Assembly: GCA_024654305.1 (NCBI GenBank)
Contig: JANLIU010000014.1
Location: 1-42,383, forward strand
Length of the DNA: 42,383 nucleotides
Source: Candidatus Parcubacteria bacterium
GTDB lineage: Bacteria > Patescibacteriota > Minisyncoccia > Phycocordibacterales > Phycocordibacteraceae
Direction of reading: 5' to 3'
Part shown: positions 16,220-25,497 of the stretch, piece after piece
Numbering within the stretch: position 1 is the first letter of the stretch
Layout of the letters: each line of letters starts with the position of its first letter
The notes under the pieces: generated by a model
Database searches by the model: none
Told to the model about the DNA's origin: nothing
The model's input: the letters and a program-made list of their open reading frames with translations, nothing else
Translations under genes and position numbers: made by a program

Positions 16220-18004
16220 ATGATTTCTGAGAAGAAAAAGCCCGCACGGGTCTGGCCCGTGCTTCGCGCCTATGGCAAAGCGGCGCTTGTGTATCCGTGG
16301 TCACTCTGCGGGGCTGTTGTTGCTGCGATAGCTATCGAGGTAGCAAATGTTGTCGCGCCCCTCTATTTGCGCCAATTCATTGACCTGCTCTCGGGAGGCA
16401 CGCCGACGCAGGAGGTCGTAAGGGCGATTTTCATAGCGCTCCTATTCTTCACAACGACAAATCTTGTGAGCTGGCTCGCCCAGCGGCTGCGCCTGTTTGC
16501 GGTCAACAAGTTGGAATCGAGGACGATGGTTGACCTTTACCAGAACGCTTTTGACTACCTGATTAGGCATTCGCACGAATTTTTCATTTCAAACTTCACT
16601 GGCACGCTCACGCGCCGCGTAACGCGCTACGCCCGCGCGTTTGAGCAAGTGTTTGATACCATGCTCTTCAATTTCTTTCCCGCACTTCTGTTTGCGGTCG
16701 GGATTATCGGCGTGCTCTCCATGCGTAGCGTTCTCTTAGGTGCGGGACTCTTTGTGTGGACCGTCGTCTTCGTGTATCTACAGTTTCGGATGATGCTCAA
16801 GCGTCAGCCGCTCCGGATCGCTCGTACCGAGGAGGACAGCCGAGTGACCGGCTTCCTCTCTGACGCAGTGCTGAATCACTCCACGATAACCGCATTTGCC
16901 GCGGTGCCGTTTGAGAGTTTGCGTTTTAGAGATACGATTCAGCGCTGGTACGTGGCGCTGAAACGCGTCTGGGACGCCGACCTGTGGGTCTACGGCATAC
17001 AAGGACTTCTCGCGGTCGGTATAGAATTTGCGCTCCTTGCCGGCGCAGTGTTGCTCTGGCAGAAGGGTCTCGTAACGGTGGGCGATTTCGTGCTTATCCA
17101 GATTTATATCCTGGGACTCTTCAACCGTATCTGGAATATCGGACAAAATATGCGCCAGCTCTATGACGCGTTTGCCGACGCGACTGAGATGCTGGACATT
17201 ATGGAACTGCCGCACGAGATTAAAAATGCGCGAGACGCGGAACCGCTTGTTGTAAAAGAAGGCGCGATCACGTTCGACCATGTGCACTTCGAGTACCGCG
17301 ACGGGCATTCTTTGCTGAAAGATTTCAGTCTTGAAATACAGCCGCGCGAAAAGATAGCGCTCGTCGGTTCCTCGGGTGCGGGGAAATCCACCATTACGAA
17401 ACTCCTGCTCCGTCTTTATGAAGTCGGGAGTGGCACTATCAGTATCGACGGCCAGAATATCGCGCAGGCGACGCAAGAGAGCCTGCGCCGCGCCATCGCA
17501 TTCGTACCGCAGGAGCCCATGCTCTTCCATCGCTCGCTCATGGACAACATTCGTTATGGTCGGCAAGACGCGACCGATAAAGAGGTCATGGAAGCGGCGA
17601 AGCAGGCACACTGTCACGAGTTCATTAGCCAGTACCCGGAAGGGTTCAACACGATGGTTGGCGAACGCGGTGTGAAGCTCTCTGGCGGCGAGCGCCAGCG
17701 AGTCGCTATTGCTCGCGCGATTCTTAAAAATGCACCGATACTCGTGCTGGACGAAGCGACCTCAAGTTTGGATTCCGAATCCGAACGGCTCATCCAGGAC
17801 GCACTCCTCCGGCTGATGGAAGGGAAGACGGTCATCGCCATCGCGCATCGGCTCTCCACCGTGATGCATATGGACCGGCTCATTATTATAGAAAAGGGTT
17901 CGGTCATCCTCTCTGGCACGCACGAAGAATTGCTCTCGCACGAAAGCAATCTCTACAAAAAACTCTGGGAGATACAGGCAGGTGGATTCCTCCGGAAGGA
18001 CTAG
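16220..18004 (+). CDS. ABC exporter, fused permease and ATPase (MsbA/multidrug-type, type I exporter)
   Basis: 594 aa. A six-helix N-terminal TMD is followed by Walker A GSSGAGKST, signature LSGGERQR, Walker B ILVLDEATS and an H-loop AHRLST. Confidence 0.85.
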   Translation: MISEKKKPARVWPVLRAYGKAALVYPWSLCGAVVAAIAIEVANVVAPLYLRQFIDLLSGGTPTQEVVRAIFIALLFFTTTNLVSWLAQRLRLFAVNKLESRTMVDLYQNAFDYLIRHSHEFFISNFTGTLTRRVTRYARAFEQVFDTMLFNFFPALLFAVGIIGVLSMRSVLLGAGLFVWTVVFVYLQFRMMLKRQPLRIARTEEDSRVTGFLSDAVLNHSTITAFAAVPFESLRFRDTIQRWYVALKRVWDADLWVYGIQGLLAVGIEFALLAGAVLLWQKGLVTVGDFVLIQIYILGLFNRIWNIGQNMRQLYDAFADATEMLDIMELPHEIKNARDAEPLVVKEGAITFDHVHFEYRDGHSLLKDFSLEIQPREKIALVGSSGAGKSTITKLLLRLYEVGSGTISIDGQNIAQATQESLRRAIAFVPQEPMLFHRSLMDNIRYGRQDATDKEVMEAAKQAHCHEFISQYPEGFNTMVGERGVKLSGGERQRVAIARAILKNAPILVLDEATSSLDSESERLIQDALLRLMEGKTVIAIAHRLSTVMHMDRLIIIEKGSVILSGTHEELLSHESNLYKKLWEIQAGGFLRKD

Positions 18005-18097
18005 GAGCGTTGTCTGAATACGGTACTTTTGCTACTCTTTCAGAAGCTCGCCGGTGTAAGCCTCCCTTTGGTCGGCTTTCATTCGGCTCGCTCGGAG

Positions 18098-18132
18098 AAC
18101 AAAGAAATGAATGCCGCATTCATTTCTTTGTT
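18098..18132 (+). terminator. Strong hairpin terminator after the ABC exporter
   Basis: AACAAAGAAATGAATG-ccg-CATTCATTTCTTTGTT forms a perfect 16-bp stem. The T-richness lies within and just after the 3' arm. Confidence 0.6.
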
Positions 18133-18141
18133 TCCTCGCTC

Positions 18142-18213
18142 GCCGATGTAGTTCAATGGTTAGAACGAGGGACTCATAAGCCCTAGACAGTGGTCCGATT
18201 CCACTCATCGGCA
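18142..18213 (+). tRNA. tRNA-Met (anticodon CAU). It could instead be tRNA-Ile2 if C34 is lysidinylated.
   Basis: Cloverleaf read by hand. Acceptor GCCGATG/CATCGGC, D arm GTTC-AATGGTTA-GAAC, anticodon loop CTCATAA, T arm AGTGG-TCCGATT-CCACT, discriminator A. CCA is not encoded. Confidence 0.85.
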
Positions 18214-18438
18214 CTACTTCGCTCCGTTCGAAAACGGAGCTACGAAGTGCACGCACACGACAATTTTGAGGGATTTTGGTAGGATAGGAAAACTGCGGCT
18301 GTATGAGGCATACAGCCGCGCGTTCGGCGAAACGGTGCCTACGGCACCGGCCCGCTCAACCGAAAGGAAAATCATTTTAGCCCAACGATTTTCCTTTCGT
18401 TCTTGCGTGCCGCGCTTCGCGCTCGTTTGCCTCACTTT

Positions 18439-18510
18439 GCGGCTGTAGCTCAACGGTAGAGCACTACCTTGTCACGGTAGAGGTCGTGGGCTCAACACCC
18501 ATCAGCCGCG
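18439..18510 (+). tRNA. tRNA-Asp (anticodon GUC)
   Basis: Acceptor GCGGCTG/CAGCCGC, D arm AGCTCAACGGTAGAGC, anticodon stem-loop CTACC-TTGTCAC-GGTAG, T arm GTGGG-CTCAACA-CCCAT, discriminator G. Confidence 0.85.
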
Positions 18511-18519
18511 CATTAGCGA

Positions 18520-18549
18520 AAGCAGTCTGACTTTGGTCAGGCTGCTTTT
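18520..18549 (+). terminator. Rho-independent terminator after tRNA-Asp
   Basis: AAGCAGTCTGAC-tttg-GTCAGGCTGCTT (one G.U pair), running into TTTT. Confidence 0.65.
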
Positions 18550-18560
18550 GTTATCCACAG

Positions 18561-18589
18561 TTGACGCCAATACCCCCTAGGGGTATGAT
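18561..18589 (+). promoter_or_regulatory. csoR-copA promoter with an embedded CsoR-type operator
   Basis: TTGACG (18561-18566), a 17-nt spacer, then TATGAT (18584-18589). The spacer holds the G/C-tract palindrome ATACCCC-cta-GGGGTAT (18570-18586), the TACCC..GGGTA type bound by CsoR-family repressors. Confidence 0.7.
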
Positions 18590-18598
18590 GGGCGCATT

Positions 18599-18868
18599 AT
18601 GAAAATGCATACAAACAAAGGGAAGCTGATTCGCCGGCTCAAGATTATTGAGGGACAGGTGCGCGGACTGCAAGATATGCTCGAGAAAGATACGTACTGC
18701 ATCGACATCATCACCCAGACCTCGGCGGTGAAGCAGGCGCTTTCCGGTGTGGAGGACGCGCTGATGGAGAATCATCTCGCCACCTGCGTTGTGCATCAAA
18801 TGAAGAAAGGGAAGGAAAGCACGGCAATAGGTGAGATACTGAAGGTGTATCACCTCAAGCGTAAATAA
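18599..18868 (+). CDS. csoR: CsoR/RcnR-family metal-sensing transcriptional repressor (copper-type C-H-C ligand set)
   Basis: 89 aa. [40 protein letters not shown] is the DUF156/CsoR signature with Cys, His and Cys ligand positions. Confidence 0.85.
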   Translation: MKMHTNKGKLIRRLKIIEGQVRGLQDMLEKDTYCIDIITQTSAVKQALSGVEDALMENHLATCVVHQMKKGKESTAIGEILKVYHLKRK

Positions 18869-18873
18869 TTTTT

Positions 18874-21246
18874 ATGGAACAAACTTTTCGCATTCGCGGC
18901 ATGCATTGCGCCTCGTGTGCAAGCATCATTGAAAAGTCCCTTGGGAAAGTAGATGGCGTGGATTCTATCGAAGTGAACGTCGGCACCGAAAAGGCAAAAA
19001 TTTCTTTTGACGAATCAAAAACGAATGCACAGGCGCTTTCAAAAATCATCGAGCCGCTCGGGTACACACTGGTCATGTCGGATGCGTTGAATGCCGTTTC
19101 ATCGATGCAAACTGCAACAGAAATGGGTCCCGTTAGAGGCCGCGAGGGCACGCAGCGGTCCTCTGCCTCTAACGGGATGGGCATGTCGGAAAGTGAGCAC
19201 GCCGCGCATCTCGGGCTCAACCAATCCAAAGCAGAAAAACTTACCGAACTCGCTTCAATGAAAACGAAAATAATCACCATCATGCCGATGGCGGTTATCG
19301 CTATCGTCCTTATGACATGGGACATCCTCGCGGAATTTGACCGCGTAGCAGCTGCGCCTGCGGCGTGGGGTGCATCATTTCGTTATCTGCTGGCCGTCAT
19401 GGCGACGTATGCGCTCTTTGTGGTCGGTCAACCATACCTTCTCGGCTTCTATCGATTTTTGCGTTACGGCAAAGCGAATATGGATTCACTCATCGGCATC
19501 GGCACGTCTGCCGCATTCCTCTACAGCATCACCGTTACCGCATTTGCTGAACAATTGAAGGCGTATGTGAATGTCAGCGTCACCTATTTCGACGTCGCCA
19601 TCGTCGTCATTGCATTTATCACGCTCGGGAAATATCTGGAGGCGCGCGCGAAGATAAAGACCGGCGATGCGATAGAGAAACTGCTTAATTTGCAAGCGAA
19701 AACCGCGCTCGTCATTCGCGACGGAAAAGAAATTGAGATACCGGTTGATCAAGTGGTGCACGGCGACATCATCATCGTGAAGCCAGCGGGGAAAATCCCC
19801 GTGGACGGAGAGCTCACTGAAGGCACTTCGTATGTGGACGAATCAATGGTGTCCGGCGAGCCGGTGCCGGTAGAAAAAAATGTCGGCGACAAGGTTGTGG
19901 CGGGGACCATCAACACCACCGGAGCATTTACATTCAAGGCGACAAAAGTCGGCTCTGAAACGCTTCTCGCACATATTATTACGATGGTTGAAGAGGCACA
20001 GGGAAGCAAAGCGCCCATTCAGGCGCTCGCGGACAAGATCTCCGGCATTTTTGTGCCGGTCGTATTGGTCATAGCATTCGTCACGTTATTCGCATGGCTC
20101 GGTCTCGGCACGCCTTCACTTGGATTCGCGCAGGCGCTCTCCTTCGGTCTCGTGTCGTTCGTCGGCATCCTCGTCATTGCGTGTCCGTGCGCGCTCGGTC
20201 TCGCGACCCCGACCGCCATCATTGTGGGTGTCGGAAAAGGCGCGAAGGAAGGCATTCTCATCAAGGACGCGAGCACGCTCGAGAAACTACACAAAGTGAC
20301 GACCGTCGTCGTTGATAAGACGGGGACCATCACAAAAGGGAAGCCTGAACTGATCTCGATTCAAAATGAGAGCAGAATGAGCGAAACGGAACTCATCGCC
20401 GTCCTCGCCTCGCTTGAAAATAAATCAGAACATCCCATCGCGAGCGCCGTCGTCTCATACGCCAAAGGACATTCCATTAATCTCCGCGCCGTGGAGAACT
20501 TTCAAGCGCTCAAAGGCAAGGGCGTGCAGGGTACTATCGACGGTACGGAGTATTTCGCCGGCAATGCGCGGCTCATTGGGGAGCTTTCACTCCGTCTTGA
20601 CGCGAACGCCATCGCAAAAAAAACCAGCGAAGGCAAAACTCCGGTCATTCTCGCGACTGCAAAAGAGATCATTGGTACCGTGCTCGTCGCCGATGCGATA
20701 AAACCGGAAGCAGTGGAGGCCGTCGCCGCTCTCCACAAGCTCGGCATACAAGTGGTGATGCTCACCGGCGACAATGCGCAGACCGCGGCGTACATCGCGG
20801 AACAGGTTGGTATTGATGAAGTGGTAGCGGAGGTCATGCCGGAAGACAAACTTATCAAGGTCAAGGAGCTTCAGACGGACGGTCGCGTGGTCGCGATGGC
20901 GGGCGACGGTATCAACGACGCGCCCGCGCTCGCACAGGCGGACGTTGGCATCGCGATGGCGACGGGGACCGATGTCGCCATTGAAAGTGCGGGCATCACA
21001 CTTCTCCACGGCGATATCAGCAAACTCGTGAAGGCGATACGGTTGTCCAAATTCACGATGCGCGGCATCAAACAGAATCTCTTTTGGGCGTTTGCTTATA
21101 ATGTTATCGGTATCCCGCTCGCGAGTGGTCTCTTCTATCCGCTTTTCGGCTGGCTGCTTTCGCCGGTCTTTGCGGGACTCGCGATGGCATTTTCAAGCGT
21201 GTCGGTCGTGACGAACTCACTTCGCCTTAAGACAAAAGCGTTGTAA
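18874..21246 (+). CDS. copA: Copper-translocating P1B-type ATPase
   Basis: 790 aa. N-terminal HMA domain [15 protein letters not shown]-type actuator block (SGEPVPV), CPC motif [12 protein letters not shown], phosphorylation site VVDKTGTIT, and hinge [12 protein letters not shown]. Confidence 0.9.
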   Translation: MEQTFRIRGMHCASCASIIEKSLGKVDGVDSIEVNVGTEKAKISFDESKTNAQALSKIIEPLGYTLVMSDALNAVSSMQTATEMGPVRGREGTQRSSASNGMGMSESEHAAHLGLNQSKAEKLTELASMKTKIITIMPMAVIAIVLMTWDILAEFDRVAAAPAAWGASFRYLLAVMATYALFVVGQPYLLGFYRFLRYGKANMDSLIGIGTSAAFLYSITVTAFAEQLKAYVNVSVTYFDVAIVVIAFITLGKYLEARAKIKTGDAIEKLLNLQAKTALVIRDGKEIEIPVDQVVHGDIIIVKPAGKIPVDGELTEGTSYVDESMVSGEPVPVEKNVGDKVVAGTINTTGAFTFKATKVGSETLLAHIITMVEEAQGSKAPIQALADKISGIFVPVVLVIAFVTLFAWLGLGTPSLGFAQALSFGLVSFVGILVIACPCALGLATPTAIIVGVGKGAKEGILIKDASTLEKLHKVTTVVVDKTGTITKGKPELISIQNESRMSETELIAVLASLENKSEHPIASAVVSYAKGHSINLRAVENFQALKGKGVQGTIDGTEYFAGNARLIGELSLRLDANAIAKKTSEGKTPVILATAKEIIGTVLVADAIKPEAVEAVAALHKLGIQVVMLTGDNAQTAAYIAEQVGIDEVVAEVMPEDKLIKVKELQTDGRVVAMAGDGINDAPALAQADVGIAMATGTDVAIESAGITLLHGDISKLVKAIRLSKFTMRGIKQNLFWAFAYNVIGIPLASGLFYPLFGWLLSPVFAGLAMAFSSVSVVTNSLRLKTKAL
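19128..19177. repeat. 50-nt palindromic mini-element inside copA, in the linker between the HMA domain and TM1
   Basis: TCCCGTTAGAGGC (19128-19140) is the exact reverse complement of GCCTCTAACGGGA (19165-19177). It shares the CCCGTTAGAG/CTCTAACGGG core with the element at 3918-3981 and encodes ..[17 protein letters not shown].. in frame. Confidence 0.8.
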
Positions 21247-21249
21247 AAT

Positions 21250-21663
21250 ATGTACATGCTCTCCCTGTCCAAGAAAATCGCCGTCCCGTTCATGCTTGCC
21301 GCATTTCTGACGGTGGCACTTTTTGGTTTTGTGGCGATGTCATACGGACCCGATGGGCGCATGCAAGGAGGATGTCCATTTTCTGCTACCGGTGTCGCAC
21401 TGTGCCCGCAAGATGCATTAGTCGTCGCGTTGCATCATGTCGGCGCGTACCAGTCATTTCTCAATGTGCCGCTGGATTCGGCGGCGGCGCTCATAAGCGT
21501 TCTTCTGCTTCTTGCATACCTGTTCGTGTCGGCTGTGCAACCGCTTTTGTTCAGTCCCCCTGCACGATCGGACCATCTTTCACACGGACCACCGCTTTCC
21601 GCTCGCACAAGAAAGATTACTCGCTGGCTCGCTCTTCTTGAATTGAGCCCCGCGTTCCCCTAA
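21250..21663 (+). CDS. Hypothetical membrane protein (Cys/His-containing), following copA
   Basis: 137 aa, starting 3 nt after the copA stop. It has two TM helices flanking GGCPFSATGVALCP and HH residues. I recognise no family. Confidence 0.45.
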   Translation: MYMLSLSKKIAVPFMLAAFLTVALFGFVAMSYGPDGRMQGGCPFSATGVALCPQDALVVALHHVGAYQSFLNVPLDSAAALISVLLLLAYLFVSAVQPLLFSPPARSDHLSHGPPLSARTRKITRWLALLELSPAFP

Positions 21664-21700
21664 GGGCACTTAAGAAGCTTCTCGCTTTTTAAGTGCTCAT

Positions 21701-21724
21701 GCTCGCGCCTGTTCGCGAGTTTTT
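21701..21724 (+). terminator. Terminator-like hairpin separating the copA unit from the downstream module
   Basis: CTCGCG-cctgtt-CGCGAG followed by TTTTT. It is preceded by a second hairpin, GCACTTAA..TTAAGTGC (21666-21696). Confidence 0.45.
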
Positions 21725-21754
21725 ACTTTCTCTGTGCTTCTAATTCTCATCACC

Positions 21755-22273
21755 ATGGAACCGAAAACTATCAGCATCATCGTAGCCATTCTGTTCATCT
21801 TCTTCGGCCTCTTCTTATGGGGTTATTCCGGAAAAACGGGAACTGCCACCTCGGTCCAAGGAGCTCCGGGAGCCGCAAGCACGACTAAAGGCGCTCTGAC
21901 CGCTAAAGAAGTGTTCTACGACTTCGGCACCATCTCAATGAAGAACGGCGATGTGAGCAAAGAATTCACCGTAAGCAATCCGACCAGTCAAGATATTACG
22001 GTGAGCACGGTTCTCACATCCTGTATGTGCACGTCTGCATTTATTGTTGAACCAGACGGAAGTGTCAAAGGGCCGTTCAAGATGCCGGGCATGGGCTATA
22101 TCCCTCCGGCAAATGAGACTATTAACGCGGGCGAAAGCCGCACGATACGCGTGGTCTACGACCCGAACGCGCACGGGCCTGCTGGCGTCGGACAGATCGA
22201 TCGGTTCGTCACGCTTACCGATGCCTCTGGCGGCACGCTCCAACTGGAAATAAAGGCGCTCGTAACGCCATAG
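21755..22273 (+). CDS. DUF1573 domain protein (membrane-anchored, beta-sandwich)
   Basis: The block FYDFGTISMKNGDVSKEFTVSNPTSQDITVSTVLTSCMCTSA matches the DUF1573 pattern (.FG.v..g......f.v.N.G...L.I..v..SCgCT). I chose the ATG at 21755 (MEPKTISI..) over the GTG at 21734. Confidence 0.7.
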   Translation: MEPKTISIIVAILFIFFGLFLWGYSGKTGTATSVQGAPGAASTTKGALTAKEVFYDFGTISMKNGDVSKEFTVSNPTSQDITVSTVLTSCMCTSAFIVEPDGSVKGPFKMPGMGYIPPANETINAGESRTIRVVYDPNAHGPAGVGQIDRFVTLTDASGGTLQLEIKALVTP

Positions 22274-22274
22274 T

Positions 22275-23054
22275 ATGAAGCGCATCTTCATCATCGGAGG
22301 CGCCATTGGGGCTTTCATTCTCGGGATACTCATCTTGAAGTTCAGTCCCGGAACCTCATCGCTCATCTGGAACATGAGTGCGGGCGGCGTGTGGCTTCTT
22401 CCTCTCGTGCTCGCATCGTCGCTTCTCGACAGTGTGCATCCGTGCTCGTTCTCCATTCTTCTCATCACCATAGCATTCCTGTTCGGACTACAAATGACGC
22501 GCGAAAAGATACTGAAAATCGGCGGAGTCTATATCGCCGGTATCTTCGCGTCCTATCTTCTCATCGGGCTCGGCATCCTCAAAGTCCTGCACATCTTCGA
22601 TACACCGCATTTCATGGGCAAGCTTGGTGCATCGCTGCTCATCATCTTCGGCGTCATCAATCTCGTGAACCGATTCTTCCCAAATGCACCAATCAAACTT
22701 GCATTGCCGTCCTTCGCGAAGCGGCCGATGGCGCGGCTTATGGAGCGAACCTCTCTCGCAGCGGCGTTCGGGCTCGGCATTTTGGTCGGCATCTGCCAAT
22801 TCCCGTGCATGGGCGGCCCGTACCTGATGGTCATTGGGCTTCTGCGCGATCAGGTGACCTTCACTGCCGGATTCTGGTATCTCATTCTCTATAATCTCAT
22901 CCTCATCATTCCGCTCGCACTCGTCTTGTGGTTTTCTGCGGATAAAGGCGTGGTGGACAAGATGCAGGAATGGAAGCGCGACTATCTCGCGCGCGTACGG
23001 CTTATCGCTGGTATCGCGATGATCGTACTCGGAGCGCTTATTCTCTTCGTCTAA
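22275..23054 (+). CDS. CcdA/DsbD-family thiol:disulfide electron-transfer membrane protein
   Basis: 259 aa with about 6-7 TM helices. Conserved Cys lie in TM1 (LDSVHPCSFSILL) and TM4 (CQFPCMGGPY), as in the cytochrome c biogenesis DsbD/CcdA transmembrane region. Confidence 0.65.
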   Translation: MKRIFIIGGAIGAFILGILILKFSPGTSSLIWNMSAGGVWLLPLVLASSLLDSVHPCSFSILLITIAFLFGLQMTREKILKIGGVYIAGIFASYLLIGLGILKVLHIFDTPHFMGKLGASLLIIFGVINLVNRFFPNAPIKLALPSFAKRPMARLMERTSLAAAFGLGILVGICQFPCMGGPYLMVIGLLRDQVTFTAGFWYLILYNLILIIPLALVLWFSADKGVVDKMQEWKRDYLARVRLIAGIAMIVLGALILFV

Positions 23055-23059
23055 CACAT

Positions 23060-23503
23060 ATGATTATGACCATTACGGTAGTCTCAATTCTCGCCATTAC
23101 GGGCGCGGTGTGGCTTGTCGGAAGATTCCTGCCGTTCGCGGTTTGTCCCATATGCGCCGGCGTGTTCCTCACCTGGGTAGGGCTTCTCGGTGCGCGCGCC
23201 ATGGGTTATCCGGTCGACCTGACCGTTCCCGCGATTCTCATGGGCGGTTCGGTCGTCGGCATCGCGTATCAAATTGAGAAGAGATCTCGCGTATCGCGAG
23301 GCGCGCGTATGCTCTTCAAGGCGCTGTTCATGCCTGCTGGCTTTGTGGCCGCGTATGCGCTTCTCCAGCTGTGGTGGACAGTGCTTTTCTCCGCTATTGC
23401 TTTTCTCGTGGTGGTGTCCGCGTGGGCGTTGCGTTCACCGGTAGCCGGTCCGCATAGAGAGGCGGGGAAAGAGATAGAAAAGGAAATGAAAGATTGTTGC
23501 TAA
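23060..23503 (+). CDS. Membrane protein with an intramembrane CPxC motif (function unknown, possibly a thiol-oxidoreductase partner)
   Basis: The internal ATG at 23060 (MIMTITVVSIL..) starts 6 nt after the preceding stop. The track start at 22970 would overlap ccdA by 85 nt. Four TM helices, with FAVCPICAGVF in TM1-2. Confidence 0.5.
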   Translation: MIMTITVVSILAITGAVWLVGRFLPFAVCPICAGVFLTWVGLLGARAMGYPVDLTVPAILMGGSVVGIAYQIEKRSRVSRGARMLFKALFMPAGFVAAYALLQLWWTVLFSAIAFLVVVSAWALRSPVAGPHREAGKEIEKEMKDCC

Positions 23504-23509
23504 ATAACT

Positions 23510-24427
23510 ATGTATCCTATGGAAACAAAGCTGGAAAAGAAAATGGAATCGTTCTGGAAGGAATATGCAACGCCGATCAGCGTTGTCATCGTCGGCGTGC
23601 TCATCGCGGGTTCGATATATACGGCGCCATGGCAGCGCGCACCACTTAGTACCACAGAGACGCAAACAAAACTCGAACAAGCCGTTCTTCCTTCTGATGG
23701 GGCCACCTTACCTATCATCTGGGGCAATCTTGGTGCGAAACTGGTGGAGGTTGGCGCAATTGATTCCACGAAAATGGCGGCGCTGTATAAAGACCGTGGG
23801 GGATTCCCGGCGGAATACCAAAAGCTCATCGAGGAGAACGCGAACGACAAAATAGTCATCACGAACTGGAACTCCGGATATCTGCTCAATCTGCTGTGGG
23901 CGCTCGGGCTCGCGAACAAGAATCCCATTCTTGAAGATACGAACGAAATGATGAATCCGGCCTATAAGGGAGCAGGCAATTTCGCATCAACGGGCGGTTG
24001 GACGCTCGCAAGGGGCAATGCGATGAGCCATTACAACATGCATCTGCTTATAACGCTCACTGCAGACCAACAAGCGATTGTGGACCGCGTGTCGCGGAAT
24101 ATATACCGGCCATGTTGCGGCAACTCCACGCACTTCCCGGACTGTAATCACGGCATGGCGATGCTCGGGCTCTTGGAGCTCATGGCATCGCAGGGTGTCG
24201 GCGAGCAGGATATGTACAAGACCGCTCTCGTAGTGAATTCTTACTGGTTCCCGGACACCTACCTCACCATCGCGACCTACATGAGAAATAAGGGTATCGC
24301 ATGGAAAGATGTGTCGCCGAAGGAAATGTTGAGCGCGCCATACTCGAGTTCATCCGGCTACCAGAATACTTCCTCCCAAGTCACTCAGCCGCAATCTGCA
24401 CAAAATGGGGGCGGCTGTTCGGCGTAG
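23510..24427 (+). CDS. Hypothetical membrane-anchored extracytoplasmic protein with a conserved-looking Cys/His cluster
   Basis: 305 aa with one N-terminal TM anchor. The cluster is RPCCGNSTHFPDCNHGMAMLG. I recognise no family. Confidence 0.5.
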   Translation: MYPMETKLEKKMESFWKEYATPISVVIVGVLIAGSIYTAPWQRAPLSTTETQTKLEQAVLPSDGATLPIIWGNLGAKLVEVGAIDSTKMAALYKDRGGFPAEYQKLIEENANDKIVITNWNSGYLLNLLWALGLANKNPILEDTNEMMNPAYKGAGNFASTGGWTLARGNAMSHYNMHLLITLTADQQAIVDRVSRNIYRPCCGNSTHFPDCNHGMAMLGLLELMASQGVGEQDMYKTALVVNSYWFPDTYLTIATYMRNKGIAWKDVSPKEMLSAPYSSSSGYQNTSSQVTQPQSAQNGGGCSA

Positions 24428-24456
24428 ATAAGCAAAAAATGATAGAGTGATGGATA

Positions 24457-25491
24457 ATGTCTGATCAGGTTCAAAAAACATATACCCTCTATGTGAAAGG
24501 GATGCACTGTAAGGCGTGCATACTGATGATCGAGAGCGAGCTGATGGATGTCGAGGGCGTTTCGCGCGCGACGCCGAGTCTCACTACGCACACGGTGGAA
24601 GTGAGTGGAGATTTCGGATGGAGGACATCCGAAGAAGTCGCTCGCGAGCTTTCGCACGTGATCGAGCGGCACGGATATACGCTCTCGGTTGAGAAATTTG
24701 AGCATGAAAAAAATTGGTCGGAGTTCACCGTTGCGATACCCATCGCTATCGGATTTGCAGTGCTATTCGTGCTTCTGCAGAAGCTCGGCATTGTGAATCT
24801 CATCAACACCAGCAATGTTTCCTACGGCACGGCATTTATGATCGGCGTCATCGCGTCGCTTTCTACCTGCATGGCGGTGGTGGGAGGGCTCGTGCTCTCC
24901 ATGTCTGCCACCTTTGCACGAGAAGGGGATAAGGTGCGCCCGCAAATACTCTTTCACGCAGGGCGCATCGTGTCGTTCTTCATTTTGGGCGGCATCATCG
25001 GTGCGCTCGGCTCGGCATTTACGCTCGGGCCCACCGGGACTTTTGTTCTCGGATTCCTCGTTGGCGTCGTGATGCTTATTCTCGGTATCAATTTGCTCGA
25101 TGTATTTCCTTGGGCAAAGCGATTCCAGCCCTCCATGCCGAAGTTCCTCGGCAAGCATGCTCTTGGCGTTTCAGAACTCAATCACTGGCTCACGCCGCTT
25201 CTGGTCGGCGTCGCGACGTTCTTCCTGCCGTGCGGATTTACGCAGGCGATGCAACTCTACAGCCTCACAACCGGCAGTTTCCTCGCCGGCGGCCTCACAA
25301 TGCTCTCCTTCGCGCTCGGCACCTTGCCGGTCCTGGCGCTCATCGGCTTCAGCTCGTTCAGTATCAAAAATAGCTCCAAAGCGGGCATATTCTTCAAATC
25401 TGCGGGTCTTATCGTGATATTATTCGCTCTCTTCAACATCACAAACAGTCTCGTGGTCATCGGGGTCATCCAGCCCGTATTCAATTTCTAA
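24457..25491 (+). CDS. HMA (heavy-metal-associated) domain fused to a DsbD_2/UreH-like (TauE-like) polytopic membrane domain
   Basis: The N-terminal YTLYVKGMHCKACILMIESEL is an HMA fold with a CxxC motif. The C-terminal six TM helices carry SLSTCMAVVGG and FFLPCGFTQAM motifs typical of the DsbD_2-type family. Confidence 0.65.
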   Translation: MSDQVQKTYTLYVKGMHCKACILMIESELMDVEGVSRATPSLTTHTVEVSGDFGWRTSEEVARELSHVIERHGYTLSVEKFEHEKNWSEFTVAIPIAIGFAVLFVLLQKLGIVNLINTSNVSYGTAFMIGVIASLSTCMAVVGGLVLSMSATFAREGDKVRPQILFHAGRIVSFFILGGIIGALGSAFTLGPTGTFVLGFLVGVVMLILGINLLDVFPWAKRFQPSMPKFLGKHALGVSELNHWLTPLLVGVATFFLPCGFTQAMQLYSLTTGSFLAGGLTMLSFALGTLPVLALIGFSSFSIKNSSKAGIFFKSAGLIVILFALFNITNSLVVIGVIQPVFNF

Positions 25492-25497
25492 AATAGT

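Noticed and set aside
16778-17617. 279-aa minus-strand ORF
   Set aside because: It is antisense to the ABC exporter gene and has no motifs. It is a shadow ORF.
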